From: Cupriavidus necator
GTDB lineage: Bacteria > Pseudomonadota > Gammaproteobacteria > Burkholderiales > Burkholderiaceae
Assembly: GCF_016127575.1 (NCBI RefSeq)
Contig: NZ_CP066019.1
Coordinates: forward strand, 2,190,001-2,222,000
DNA: 32,000 nt
Direction of reading: 5' to 3'
In this document: in pieces, positions 17,942 through 26,411 of the stretch
Layout of the letters: every line of letters starts with the position of its first letter
Position numbering within the stretch: the first letter of the stretch is position 1
Made by a program: the position numbers and the translations under genes
The notes under the pieces: generated by a model
Database searches by the model: none
Seen by the model: only the letters and a program-made list of their open reading frames with translations
What the model was told of the DNA's origin: nothing

Positions 17942-17962
17942 GTCCGCTTCCGGAAAGCGGAC
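17942..17962 (-). terminator. Hairpin downstream of the 17990..18328 lipoprotein gene
   Basis: A perfect 8-bp stem GTCCGCTT/AAGCGGAC with a 5-nt loop lies 28 nt after the stop. No U-tract follows, so terminator function is uncertain. Confidence 0.35.
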
Positions 17963-17989
17963 ATCCATTGAATTGACCTCTGACGCGAT

Positions 17990-18328
17990 TCAGCGGCCCA
18001 TGCGGCGGTTGTAGCTGCGCGAAATTCGCGCCATCAACGCTGGATCGTGTGCAGCCATGCCGTCGAATTCCACCCGCACGTAGCCGTCTGCCTGCTGGTG
18101 CACACCGGCCATCACCGTCGTGGTATCCAGACTGCCGACGACCACGCCATTGACCGGGTCCTCGACGCTGATCGCCAGGCCCTGGTCGCGCATGGCCCCG
18201 GCTGCTGCGGTGAAGGTGCGATCGAAGCTGGCCGGCCCCATGACTGTAAAGGCGCCTGTTCCGGCCGGTTCCAATGTACATGCCGAAAGCGCCAGCATGG
18301 CGCCGCTGACTATTAGTGAGAGTCGCAT
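17990..18328 (-). CDS. Small lipoprotein, function unknown
   Basis: MRLSLIVSGAMLALSA|C is a signal peptide with a lipobox. AAGGAG precedes the ATG. The protein is 112 aa and I recognise no family. Confidence 0.7.
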   Translation of the reverse strand: MRLSLIVSGAMLALSACTLEPAGTGAFTVMGPASFDRTFTAAAGAMRDQGLAISVEDPVNGVVVGSLDTTTVMAGVHQQADGYVRVEFDGMAAHDPALMARISRSYNRRMGR

Positions 18329-18495
18329 GATGATGACTCCTTCCGCTAGCCCCGGATCGAAAATGTACGCGTTGCGACTTCAGGCGAGTTTTCCACTCGC
18401 TGATCGCTAAGACACAAGATTAGGCGACGTTGGCGCATAGACCCAGCTTGCCAGGTGCGCGCCCGCACCCTGCGGATGCCGGCCTGCTCACATGA

Positions 18496-19443
18496 CTAGG
18501 CTGCGCCCGCCCCGCGCCCCGCGCGTGCCAATGCCAGCGCAAGCCTTGCTCCCACCTCGGCGTTGTGTTTCACAAGCGCGATGTTTGTCGCCAGGCTGCG
18601 TCCGCTCGTCAGCGCCTTGATGCGAGCCAGCAGGAAAGGCGTCACGGCCTTGCCGGTGATTCCCTGCGCCCTGGCCTCGGCAAGCGCCTGCCGAGTCAGC
18701 GCGTCGATCTCCCCGGACGTCATCGCTGCCGCTTGCGGCACCGGTGTGCTCAACACCACGCCGCCCGCCAGGCCCAAGTCCCACTTGGTGCGGATGAAGC
18801 GTGCCTGCTCCGCCGCGTCGTCCAGCCTGAAGTCAGCACGAAAGCCGCTGTCGCGCGTGTAGAACGCAGCAACATTGTCTTGCTCACAACTGAGCACCGG
18901 CACACCGTGTGTTTCCAGGTATTCCAGCGTGAGCCCGATGTCCAGGATGGACTTCGCCCCGGCACAGACCACCGCCACCGAGGTCCTGGCCAGTTCCTGC
19001 AGGTCAGCCGAGATGTCGAAGGTTTCCTGCGCACCGCGGTGCACGCCGCCAATCCCGCCGGTGACGAAGACCTCAATGCCCGCCAGCGCGGCACATATCA
19101 TCGTGCCGGCCACGGTCGTGGCGCCGAGCCCGCCGCCGGCCAGCACGGCTGGCAGGTCGCGGCGGCTCACCTTGTGTGCCCGCTCCGAGCGCCCCAGCAG
19201 CTCCAGCTCGTCGTTCGAAAGCCCGATGCGGATTCGCCCGCCAATCAGCGCGATCGTCGCGGGCTCGGCTCCCAGGTCGCGGATCAGGGCCTCCACTTCA
19301 CGCGCCGTGCGAACGTTCTCCGGGTAGGGCATGCCGTGGGCGATGATAGTGGATTCGAGCGCCACGAGCGGGCGGCCGGCAGCCTGTGCAGCGGCCACAG
19401 GCGCGCTGAAGGTCAACCAGGAACGGGCAAGGTCGGCAACCAT
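18496..19443 (-). CDS. psuG: Pseudouridine-5'-phosphate glycosidase
   Basis: PLVALESTIIAHGMPYPENV, ATTVAGTMICAALAGIEVFVTGGIGGVHRG and FDISADLQELARTSVAVVCAGAKSILD are collinear with E. coli PsuG as recalled. Starting at ATG 19443 leaves about 25 residues before the VALEST motif, as in E. coli. The 409-aa ORF extension was rejected. Confidence 0.9.
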   Translation of the reverse strand: MVADLARSWLTFSAPVAAAQAAGRPLVALESTIIAHGMPYPENVRTAREVEALIRDLGAEPATIALIGGRIRIGLSNDELELLGRSERAHKVSRRDLPAVLAGGGLGATTVAGTMICAALAGIEVFVTGGIGGVHRGAQETFDISADLQELARTSVAVVCAGAKSILDIGLTLEYLETHGVPVLSCEQDNVAAFYTRDSGFRADFRLDDAAEQARFIRTKWDLGLAGGVVLSTPVPQAAAMTSGEIDALTRQALAEARAQGITGKAVTPFLLARIKALTSGRSLATNIALVKHNAEVGARLALALARAGRGAGAA

Positions 19444-19705
19444 GTCGATGCATTCGGTGGCGTGAGCCGCATAGTGTGCAGCACAAGGCTGGTCCATGAG
19501 ATGCAAGCGCGGGACCACCTCAAGGCGCCAATGGTACCGCGAGCAGGAATCGGACGGCTGACTCTGGCACCCACTGAATCGCCTGCCCGCGGGTGCCACC
19601 TCATCACGGCCTGGAATATCGTTGTCATAGCCGGGCGGGGTGCTGCCGGGAACCTCACGCTGAGGTATGCTGCCGCTTTCGGATCGATTCTCTCCAGAGG
19701 GGCAA

Positions 19706-20473
19706 ATGCGGCGCGTCGTGTTCAATCAGAAGGGTGGGGTCGGAAAATCGACCATTGTGTGCAATCTCGCGGCGATCAGCGCCAGCGAGGGCTTGCGCAC
19801 CCTGGTCATTGACCTGGATGCACAAGGCAACTCCACCCAGTACCTGCTTGGCGCGCGGGCCGCGGAGGCAAGTCCGACCGCGGCGAATTTCTTCGAGACC
19901 TCCCTGACCTACAACTTCAGGCCGGTGGAATTTACGTCCTTTGTCCACCCGACGCCGTTCGAGAACCTCGATGTGATGCCGGCGCATCCTGACCTGGATT
20001 CCCTCCACGGCAAGCTCGAATCCCGCTACAAGATCTACAAGCTACGCGACGCCCTGCTCGAGCTGGAGGCAGTCTATGACGCCATTTACATCGACACGCC
20101 ACCGGCCCTGAATTTTTATACCCGCTCCGCACTGATCGCCGTGGAGCGCTGCCTGATCCCGTTCGATTGCGATGACTTCTCGCGCCGTGCCCTCTACACG
20201 CTGCTCGATAACGTGAAGGAAATCCAACAGGACCACAACGACGGGCTGCAGGTCGAGGGGATCGTGATCAACCAGTTCCAGCCGCGAGCCAGCTTGCCGC
20301 AGAAGCTGGTCGACGAACTGGTAAGCGAGGGCCTGCCAGTACTTGAATCGCGGCTATCTGCATCGGTGAAGATCCGCGAATCGCATCAGCATGCCACCCC
20401 CATGATCCATCTGGATCCGCGCCACAAGCTGGCGCAGGAATATGTGGCGTTGCACCGCGAGCTGGCTGGTTGA
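19706..20473 (+). CDS. ParA/Soj-family ATPase (orphan; no ParB partner in the window)
   Basis: MRRVVFNQKGGVGKSTIVCNLAAISA carries the deviant Walker A KGGVGKST. VIDLDAQGNST and IYIDTPPAL motifs are also present. The ATG at 19706 follows AGAGGGG. Confidence 0.88.
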   Translation: MRRVVFNQKGGVGKSTIVCNLAAISASEGLRTLVIDLDAQGNSTQYLLGARAAEASPTAANFFETSLTYNFRPVEFTSFVHPTPFENLDVMPAHPDLDSLHGKLESRYKIYKLRDALLELEAVYDAIYIDTPPALNFYTRSALIAVERCLIPFDCDDFSRRALYTLLDNVKEIQQDHNDGLQVEGIVINQFQPRASLPQKLVDELVSEGLPVLESRLSASVKIRESHQHATPMIHLDPRHKLAQEYVALHRELAG

Positions 20474-20547
20474 GGAATCGCCAAGGCGCGCTGAGATCGA
20501 TTTCCCCACGCAATGACACTGCCGGGCGTCAGCTTCCTCGCGGCCGG

Positions 20548-20735
20548 TCAGAACCGATGCCGCATCCCCGTGGTAACCACCACCTGATCGCGCCCGGCGG
20601 AAGTCGGGTAGCCGAAAATCGCCGCCGTAGTCGCTTCGCCCATAGCACGCTGGTAGCGCCCGGTCAGGAAGATGTCAGTACGCCTGGACAGGAACTGGTC
20701 CACGAACAGCGGAACGGAAACGGACCAGGCTGCAG
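20548..20735 (-). pseudogene. 3'-terminal fragment of a Gram-negative porin gene (about the last 60 codons)
   Basis: The frame ends ...WSVSVPLFVDQFLSRRTDIFLTGRYQRAMGEATTAAIFGYPTSAGRDQVVVTTGMRHRF*. This is the LSKRT...G(I/M)RHRF C-terminal beta-strand signature of Burkholderiaceae OmpC-type porins. No signal peptide or barrel body lies upstream. The upstream boundary is approximate. Confidence 0.7.
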
Positions 20736-21568
20736 CCTCGGGCAGCCGGGGCCGCGAACAGCCTGGCGCGCAGCGCATCGAACTCGGCGCACTGTTGCCC
20801 CCGCCACGCACGGCGCGTGCTGTCGTCGATCCACGCGGCGTCCAGCCCGTTAAGCATGAACTCGCGCAGGTCGTCCAGGCCAAAGCCGAAATCGCGCACC
20901 ATCATCCCCCGGGCCTGGCTGGCGGTGACGTGGTGCAGCACGGGGTCGTCGGTGTTGGGGTGCACACGCAAGCCCATGCCCGGCATATGGCGGATCGGGT
21001 GATCGAGCGCCCAGCGCTCGCGCGGCAGCGTGCGCAGGTAGTAGGAATTGGTCGGCACCACCGTGAAGACGATGCCGCGGTCCGCGCAACGCTGCGCGAA
21101 CTCGGGGTTGTCAATGGCGGTGTAGCCATGGTCGATGCGATCCACTTGCAGCAGGTCCAGCGCGGTGGCCACATTGGTCCAGGGCGTGCCGAACTCGCCG
21201 GCGTGGGCAGTGGTCTTCAGCCCGGCGGCGCGGGCCTTGCGATAGGCCTCGGCGAACAGCTCGGGCGGCCGGTCATTCTCTCGATAGTCGATGCCGATGC
21301 CGATCACCTCGTCGCGGCGGTCGGCGATGACCCAGTCGACCATCTCGACCGCCTCGGCGGGATCGGCTTCGCGGTCGATCGACGGCACCAGCCGCCCCAC
21401 GATGCCAAACCCTGCCTCGGCATCGACGATCGCGCGCACGATGGCTTCCATGGCGGCGCGGTACGGAATGCCGGACTGTCTGACGGTGCCGGTGGGGTTC
21501 CAGAAGAACTCGCTGTAGCGGATGCCTTCGGCCGCCGCGTCCTGCAGGTTGCAGTACAGCGAATCGCT
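20675..21568 (-). pseudogene. Adenine/adenosine deaminase family gene, 5'-truncated
   Basis: The family motifs AHAGE (TTAHAGEFG) and NTDDP (HPNTDDPVL) are present. Homology runs from ...SLYCNLQDAAAEGIRYSEFFWNP to the C-terminus. The roughly 70 N-terminal codons carrying the HxH metal ligands are absent, and an in-frame TAG lies at 21569-21571. The C-terminal tail runs out of frame into the porin fragment. Confidence 0.75.
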
Positions 21569-21777
21569 CTACAGCCTGGTGTGCGCGGGGCTCGCGGTCG
21601 GTCTGCTGTCCCGGCTATACGCCCAGGGCATCAACGATGTGGCGCTGCGTGCCGTGCCCCCTGGGCAGCCCCAGCTTCAAGCGCCGCGTGGCGTTGATGA
21701 TGCGCAAGGAACCGGCGCCCAGGATGCCGGCGGCCGCCGGCTGCTTCCGCTTCCTGTCCGGCGCGATCCGCTGCTGA
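21552..21777 (+). pseudogene. LysR-family regulator, 3'-terminal fragment with a +1 frameshift
   Basis: ESLYSLVCAGLAVGLLSRLYAQGINDVALRAVP resembles a LysR effector-domain segment. After a CCCCC run (21657-21661) the sense continues in the +1 frame as LGSPSFKRRVALMMRKEPAPRMPAAAGCFRFLSGAIRC*. There is no N-terminal HTH. Confidence 0.6.
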
Positions 21778-21822
21778 GCGGCGCCCGTGCCGTCGCCAGG
21801 CCTGAAAAGATCAAGGTGTCAG

Positions 21823-21842
21823 ATCCCCCTTCTTGGGGGGAT
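21823..21842 (+). terminator. Hairpin ATCCCCC-ttcttg-GGGGGAT after the LysR remnant (relic terminator)
   Basis: A 7-bp stem read directly, followed by TT. It lies about 45 nt after the remnant stop codon. Confidence 0.35.
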
Positions 21843-22169
21843 TTGCGGTATTGAACTCTTGCGGTAGCCTTCAGCAACTCCCTCCGGGGACCAAATGCAT
21901 CGCGCACTCTCGCGCAACGCGTCACGCACGAACAGTTTCACCGATTGCGTCGTAGTACTCGCGGCGTGGTTGCCTTGTCAGGAATATTCCTGCCCGTCCA
22001 GCCCCAGAGCATGTGAAAAACACGACGGAAGCCATCCAATGAACTGCCCGCGTGGCTGACTTATGTCGCTTAGGTGCAGTCGGCCAGGTAGTTGGCGGGC
22101 GGACAGTTCTCTCCGCCGCCCTAAACATCCCGGCATCCTATTCAACTCCGACGGTTCGTCCATGGAACA

Positions 22170-23597
22170 ATGGCTATGAGGAAATGCTTTAGGGGTGTGC
22201 TTTTCGCGACGGTGTTGCCATCACTCGGCGGATGCATCACGGCTGGCGACTTCAACAAGAAGATCGCAGACACAGGCACGACGGTAGTCATTGGCTCGCC
22301 TGTCAGCGCTTGTGCACGTGCGAAAGCTGAATACGCCCTGTCCCCAACGACTATGCCGCCGGCCGCAGTGAATGCCAGCTTGTCGGGCAACCAGCGCAAT
22401 CGCACTGATCTGCAACTCGGGCTGAGTATGCTGGCGTCCGCCACTTCCGGAAGCGCTGTGCCGGCATCAGCTGCAGCATACGATGATCATGTCACGGGCT
22501 TTTCACAAGGGCTGTTCGCACGACTCGGGATTGATCCGAGCGGCATCGAGGTCAATCTCGACGCTCTTGCGCCTGATGCAGTGGATCGCGCCAATCAGGT
22601 ACTGACTTCGACGCTGTTTCGAGACCTGGCGCCAGCGGACCCTGCGGTTACCTCGTCGAAATTTGGCGGCGGCGAAATTACCATCAGCCGCCGTGAATGG
22701 ACCGGGATGATTCAGGACGTATCGTTCGCCACCAGCGGCGAAGGGTGGGTCGGTGCGGCAGCGCAAGCGTTGGGCCACTACGCGAAGACCTATGGACTCA
22801 ACCAGATAACAACTACTACGCAGGCGCAAGATGCCGCTCAGGTGACACTGCGGCTCCTCGTGGCGCGCTATGTGTCGGATTACTTCCGGAATGGAAAAAT
22901 CGTCACACTCGATTTTGACTACCCCGACCTGAAGTCCAAGCTCCTTGACAAGCTCAAGAAGTCGATCAAGGACGAGACGGTCTTGACGGCTGCGGATGCC
23001 CAGATCGACCAGCTTGCCAAGGACCTCGGACAGCGGCTGTGCCAGGAGGAAGGTAAGGTCACCTCCTGCCGGATCCTGGGCGTACTGGGCGAGCAGACGT
23101 TTGTGAGTCGTGCGGGCAAGAGCTATGGATTTCCAGGTCTGGCCGCCACGGTCGATCTGGCGGGGGACAAAAAGGTTTCAACAAACAAGATCGACCCCAA
23201 TGCGGTGGTTTCTGACTTGGTGCGTGTCCTGTTCGAGGCGACGGGTGACGACCGCATCCGCGTCCCTGGGGCAAAAAATTCTTCCCTGTGCAGGGCCTCC
23301 GCTTCCATGTGTGCAGGCAAGGACAACACTGACAAGCTCAAGCAAGTGGACAATATCGGCGACCGCGCCGAGGCTGGCACGTTTGCAGCCGTTGGCATTG
23401 CGATTCGAGGTGGCTGGCTGTTCTCGATCAACAATGAGGCGCTAGCCACTTCCATACAAACAGCAGTTGCCGTCGGCGTACGCAAAACCGCCGAAGGCGT
23501 GATGTGGTCGCGGCTCCAGAATTGTCCCGCCAATTTGGCCGCATTGGCATCCGTCGACGCGTCACCACGCACGGTCACATTGCGCCTGACGGAGTGA
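22170..23597 (+). CDS. Orphan lipoprotein (475 aa), function unknown
   Basis: MAMRKCFRGVLFATVLPSLGG|C is a signal peptide with a lipobox. Two short Cys-Cys loops (CQEEGKVTSC, CRASASMC) fit an extracytoplasmic location. GC is lower than in the flanks. I recognise no family. Confidence 0.7.
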   Translation: MAMRKCFRGVLFATVLPSLGGCITAGDFNKKIADTGTTVVIGSPVSACARAKAEYALSPTTMPPAAVNASLSGNQRNRTDLQLGLSMLASATSGSAVPASAAAYDDHVTGFSQGLFARLGIDPSGIEVNLDALAPDAVDRANQVLTSTLFRDLAPADPAVTSSKFGGGEITISRREWTGMIQDVSFATSGEGWVGAAAQALGHYAKTYGLNQITTTTQAQDAAQVTLRLLVARYVSDYFRNGKIVTLDFDYPDLKSKLLDKLKKSIKDETVLTAADAQIDQLAKDLGQRLCQEEGKVTSCRILGVLGEQTFVSRAGKSYGFPGLAATVDLAGDKKVSTNKIDPNAVVSDLVRVLFEATGDDRIRVPGAKNSSLCRASASMCAGKDNTDKLKQVDNIGDRAEAGTFAAVGIAIRGGWLFSINNEALATSIQTAVAVGVRKTAEGVMWSRLQNCPANLAALASVDASPRTVTLRLTE

Positions 23598-23718
23598 TGC
23601 CGCACGCGGCAAGCAGGAAGGGAGGACTCCTTGCCTCCCCGCAGTTGCGGGTCGAGTCTAACCCGCAGCCGAAAACCAAGCTAACGATGGATAGCCGCCT
23701 GCGTAAGCCTGAGAGCCG

Positions 23719-24834
23719 TCACTGCCCATCACGCAAATGAATGATTTCAACGCTCGACGGGCATTCGGACGATGTCAGGCCTGCAAATCGAATGATGCAG
23801 GTAGCTGCGTCGGGGTCTCCCTCAACGTATTTGTCCAGAGCATGACCGATTTTATTGGGAAATCTGACAGGGATGAGGCGGAGCCGCGCGAAATGCTCCT
23901 CCATCCGAGCTCGGACGAAATGTTCGGATGTACCTAGACTTGTGTCACCCCAAAAAGTGTCATGAAAGACAAAGAGCTTTGAGAGTGCCAGGTCCCAAGG
24001 ATTTACTGTGAAAGCCAGATCAACGGGGTGATTTCCCCACTTGTCATAGATGGCTTGGCCAACATGTCCGCTCCCCACTGCCGGCGCAAAGGCTGCGATC
24101 TTAATGCTACGAATATTGGGGTTGTCCAGCGGACGGACACGATTCTCCGGATCGTTTCCGAAATTGCGCTCATAAACAGGGTCGGCCACTGCTGAGAGGG
24201 CCACAGCCGTACCTCGCGAGTGCACAAGAAAGCGGAGATCGACAGGCTTCGAAAGCCGATTCAAGATGGGCCGCAAACCCCTCTGGCCAGCGTAGTTGGA
24301 GCTCAGAAGCGCATCCGGCCAGAAGGTAAGTCGCGTTTGCTCCGTCATGATCTCCGGGTTGCGCGTTCGAAGTCCGTCCCAGTAGACCTCAAGAATAACC
24401 GCCGGCTTTTCACTTCCAAGCAGATTACGGGAACCGCTGTACAGCCGTTGCGCGGATTCGAAGTCCTCATTGAAGCCATGCACCAGCACCAGGAGCGTGT
24501 CGCCAGCGGCAAGCTTCGAATTGAGCGCTGCAACAACGGCATCTTCCGCTTCCCGCCGTTGCTCTGGACCGTACAGTCGCCGACCGTGATCGCCATGTTC
24601 AAGAATGTCGCTCAGTGCAAAGCGAGAATTCACGCCCGGCGCCCGTTGCGGCCAGGGAATGCTGGAAGCGTCTCGGGGATAAACATCCCCAAGCTGGTCG
24701 AAAGCCACCCTCACGAGATTGCTGGAAGGCGCTGGCTCACCAGCCAACACATAGTCGCCGGGAGGCCGCACGTGCATGCCTCCGCATGCAGCGAGCAGCA
24801 GGCAACTGCAAATCGCCGTTATGAGCCTCTTCAT
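23719..24834 (-). CDS. Lipoprotein alpha/beta hydrolase, DUF900-like
   Basis: MKRLITAICSCLLLAA|C is a signal peptide with a lipobox. LLVLVHGFNEDFESA and the nucleophile elbow FLVHSRGTAV (compare the HSMG elbow of the DUF900/PF05990 family as recalled) are present. AAGGAGAG precedes the ATG. Confidence 0.72.
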   Translation of the reverse strand: MKRLITAICSCLLLAACGGMHVRPPGDYVLAGEPAPSSNLVRVAFDQLGDVYPRDASSIPWPQRAPGVNSRFALSDILEHGDHGRRLYGPEQRREAEDAVVAALNSKLAAGDTLLVLVHGFNEDFESAQRLYSGSRNLLGSEKPAVILEVYWDGLRTRNPEIMTEQTRLTFWPDALLSSNYAGQRGLRPILNRLSKPVDLRFLVHSRGTAVALSAVADPVYERNFGNDPENRVRPLDNPNIRSIKIAAFAPAVGSGHVGQAIYDKWGNHPVDLAFTVNPWDLALSKLFVFHDTFWGDTSLGTSEHFVRARMEEHFARLRLIPVRFPNKIGHALDKYVEGDPDAATCIIRFAGLTSSECPSSVEIIHLRDGQ

Positions 24835-25534
24835 AGAACTCTCCTTCCTCTTGATTTTTAGGGTTTTTTACACCAGCGCCCACGCGATAAAGGAAGCCGA
24901 CCAGGCGACCGCCAGGGCAGAAGGAAGCCTGCGCGATGCTATCAAAAAGAACGCAGGATGTGCTGGGCACGCAATCCGCAGTCGCATCAATGAAGTCAGC
25001 AACAAAGGAATGGCGGGCTGCTGTCCATGCAGGGGACGCATAGGGGTCATCGGCCTTGTCGATGGATGGCGGGGCAAGCCTCCGGGCTTACCCGGAGACG
25101 CGCCGACTGCTATTTCGCGGTGCGGAATACTCCGCCGCTTTCCTTGACGATGCCGCGACGCCTATGCAAAAGTCGGTGAAAACGAACGATCGTGCGGGAA
25201 TACTCCCGACACCTCGTCACCGGATCGCAACGCCGCCGTCCACGCCGACGCGGCCAAGTGCCCCGGCTTGCCGGGCGGCCAGCGTGCCGCATCGCACAGG
25301 AGACAACCATGCAGTACCTGCAACACGCATCTGCACACCCGCACCGTGACCGCCACGGCGCGCCCTGGGCCAGGCCATCCCGCCCGCGCATCACAGCGCG
25401 CGAGCCGGCGCTGCCGCCCGCCTGAGTTCCACCCCCGACTTCCTGACCGTGGCCGCGCCTGGCGCCGCCGCGACGGAACACGCACGGCCTTTGCCGCTGC
25501 GTGCCTGGTTTCCCGAACCGCACGAGGTACCCCT

Positions 25535-26398
25535 GTGGCATTGTTCCTTCAACAGTTCCTGAACGGCCTGACGCTGGGAGGCGTCTACAGCCTGGTGGCG
25601 CTTGGCCTGACGCTGGTCTACGGCATCCTGCACGTGCCCAACTTCGCGCATGGCGCCTTCTACATGGCTGGCGCCTATGTGTCGTACTTCCTGATGACAT
25701 CGCTGGGCGTGAACTACTGGCTGGCGATGCTTGGCGCGGCGCTGGTGGTGGCCGTATTGTCGATGGCTGCCGACCGGCTGGTGTTCCACCCGCTGCGCAA
25801 CTCGCCCGAGCTGCACGACATGATCGCAGCGATCGGCATCCTGCTGTTCCTGGAAGCCGGGGCGCAGGCGCTGTGGGGCGCGGACTTCCACCGCATGCCC
25901 ACGCCCTATGGCCAGATCGTCGACGTGTTCGGGCTGACCGCGCCGCTGCAGCGCCTGCTGATCATCGGCGCCGCCTTTGCGCTGATGGTGCTGCTGCACC
26001 TGTTCCTGACGCGCACCATGACCGGCGCCACCATCATGGCCATGGCGCAGAACCGCGAAGGCGCCGCACTGGTCGGCATCGACGCCACCCGCGTGACGCT
26101 GCTGGTGTTTGCCATCTCCGGCGCGCTTGCCGCAATCGCCGCCACGCTCTACGCCCCGATCAACCTGGTCTACCCCAGCATGGGCAACCTGGTGATCACC
26201 AAGGCCTTCGTCATCATCATCCTGGGCGGCATGGGCAGCATCCCCGGGGCCATCGTCGGCGGGCTGATCATCGGCATGGCCGAGAGCTTCGGCGGCTTCT
26301 ACGTTTCCACCGACTACAAGGACATCATCGCCTTCGTGCTGCTGGTGGTGATCCTGTCGATCCGGCCGCAGGGCCTGTTTGCCGGCAAGACGGCCTGA
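25535..26398 (+). CDS. Branched-chain amino acid ABC transporter permease, LivH-like (second system)
   Basis: The GTG at 25535 follows GAGG with a 7-nt spacer. (V)ALFLQQFLNGLTLGGVYSLVALGLTLVYGILHVPNFAHGA is the canonical LivH N-terminus. The upstream 89 codons of the ORF are Arg/Pro-rich and were discarded. Confidence 0.88.
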   Translation: MALFLQQFLNGLTLGGVYSLVALGLTLVYGILHVPNFAHGAFYMAGAYVSYFLMTSLGVNYWLAMLGAALVVAVLSMAADRLVFHPLRNSPELHDMIAAIGILLFLEAGAQALWGADFHRMPTPYGQIVDVFGLTAPLQRLLIIGAAFALMVLLHLFLTRTMTGATIMAMAQNREGAALVGIDATRVTLLVFAISGALAAIAATLYAPINLVYPSMGNLVITKAFVIIILGGMGSIPGAIVGGLIIGMAESFGGFYVSTDYKDIIAFVLLVVILSIRPQGLFAGKTA

Positions 26399-26411
26399 GG
26401 AGCACAACACA

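Noticed and set aside
18565-19812. 415-aa plus-strand ORF, and the N-terminal extension of the psuG ORF to 19725
   Set aside because: The plus ORF is antisense to psuG and has shadow composition. The psuG extension has no similarity to PsuG proteins and would overlap the parA start, so the ATG at 19443 matches the expected N-terminal length.
20672-21697. 341-aa plus-strand ORF
   Set aside because: It is antisense to the deaminase remnant, is Gly/Ala/Arg/His-rich and has no motifs.
24737-25147. Short ORFs (69-123 aa) around the start of the hydrolase lipoprotein gene
   Set aside because: They overlap the well-supported lipoprotein start or lie in the non-coding spacer. They have no SD and no recognisable motifs.
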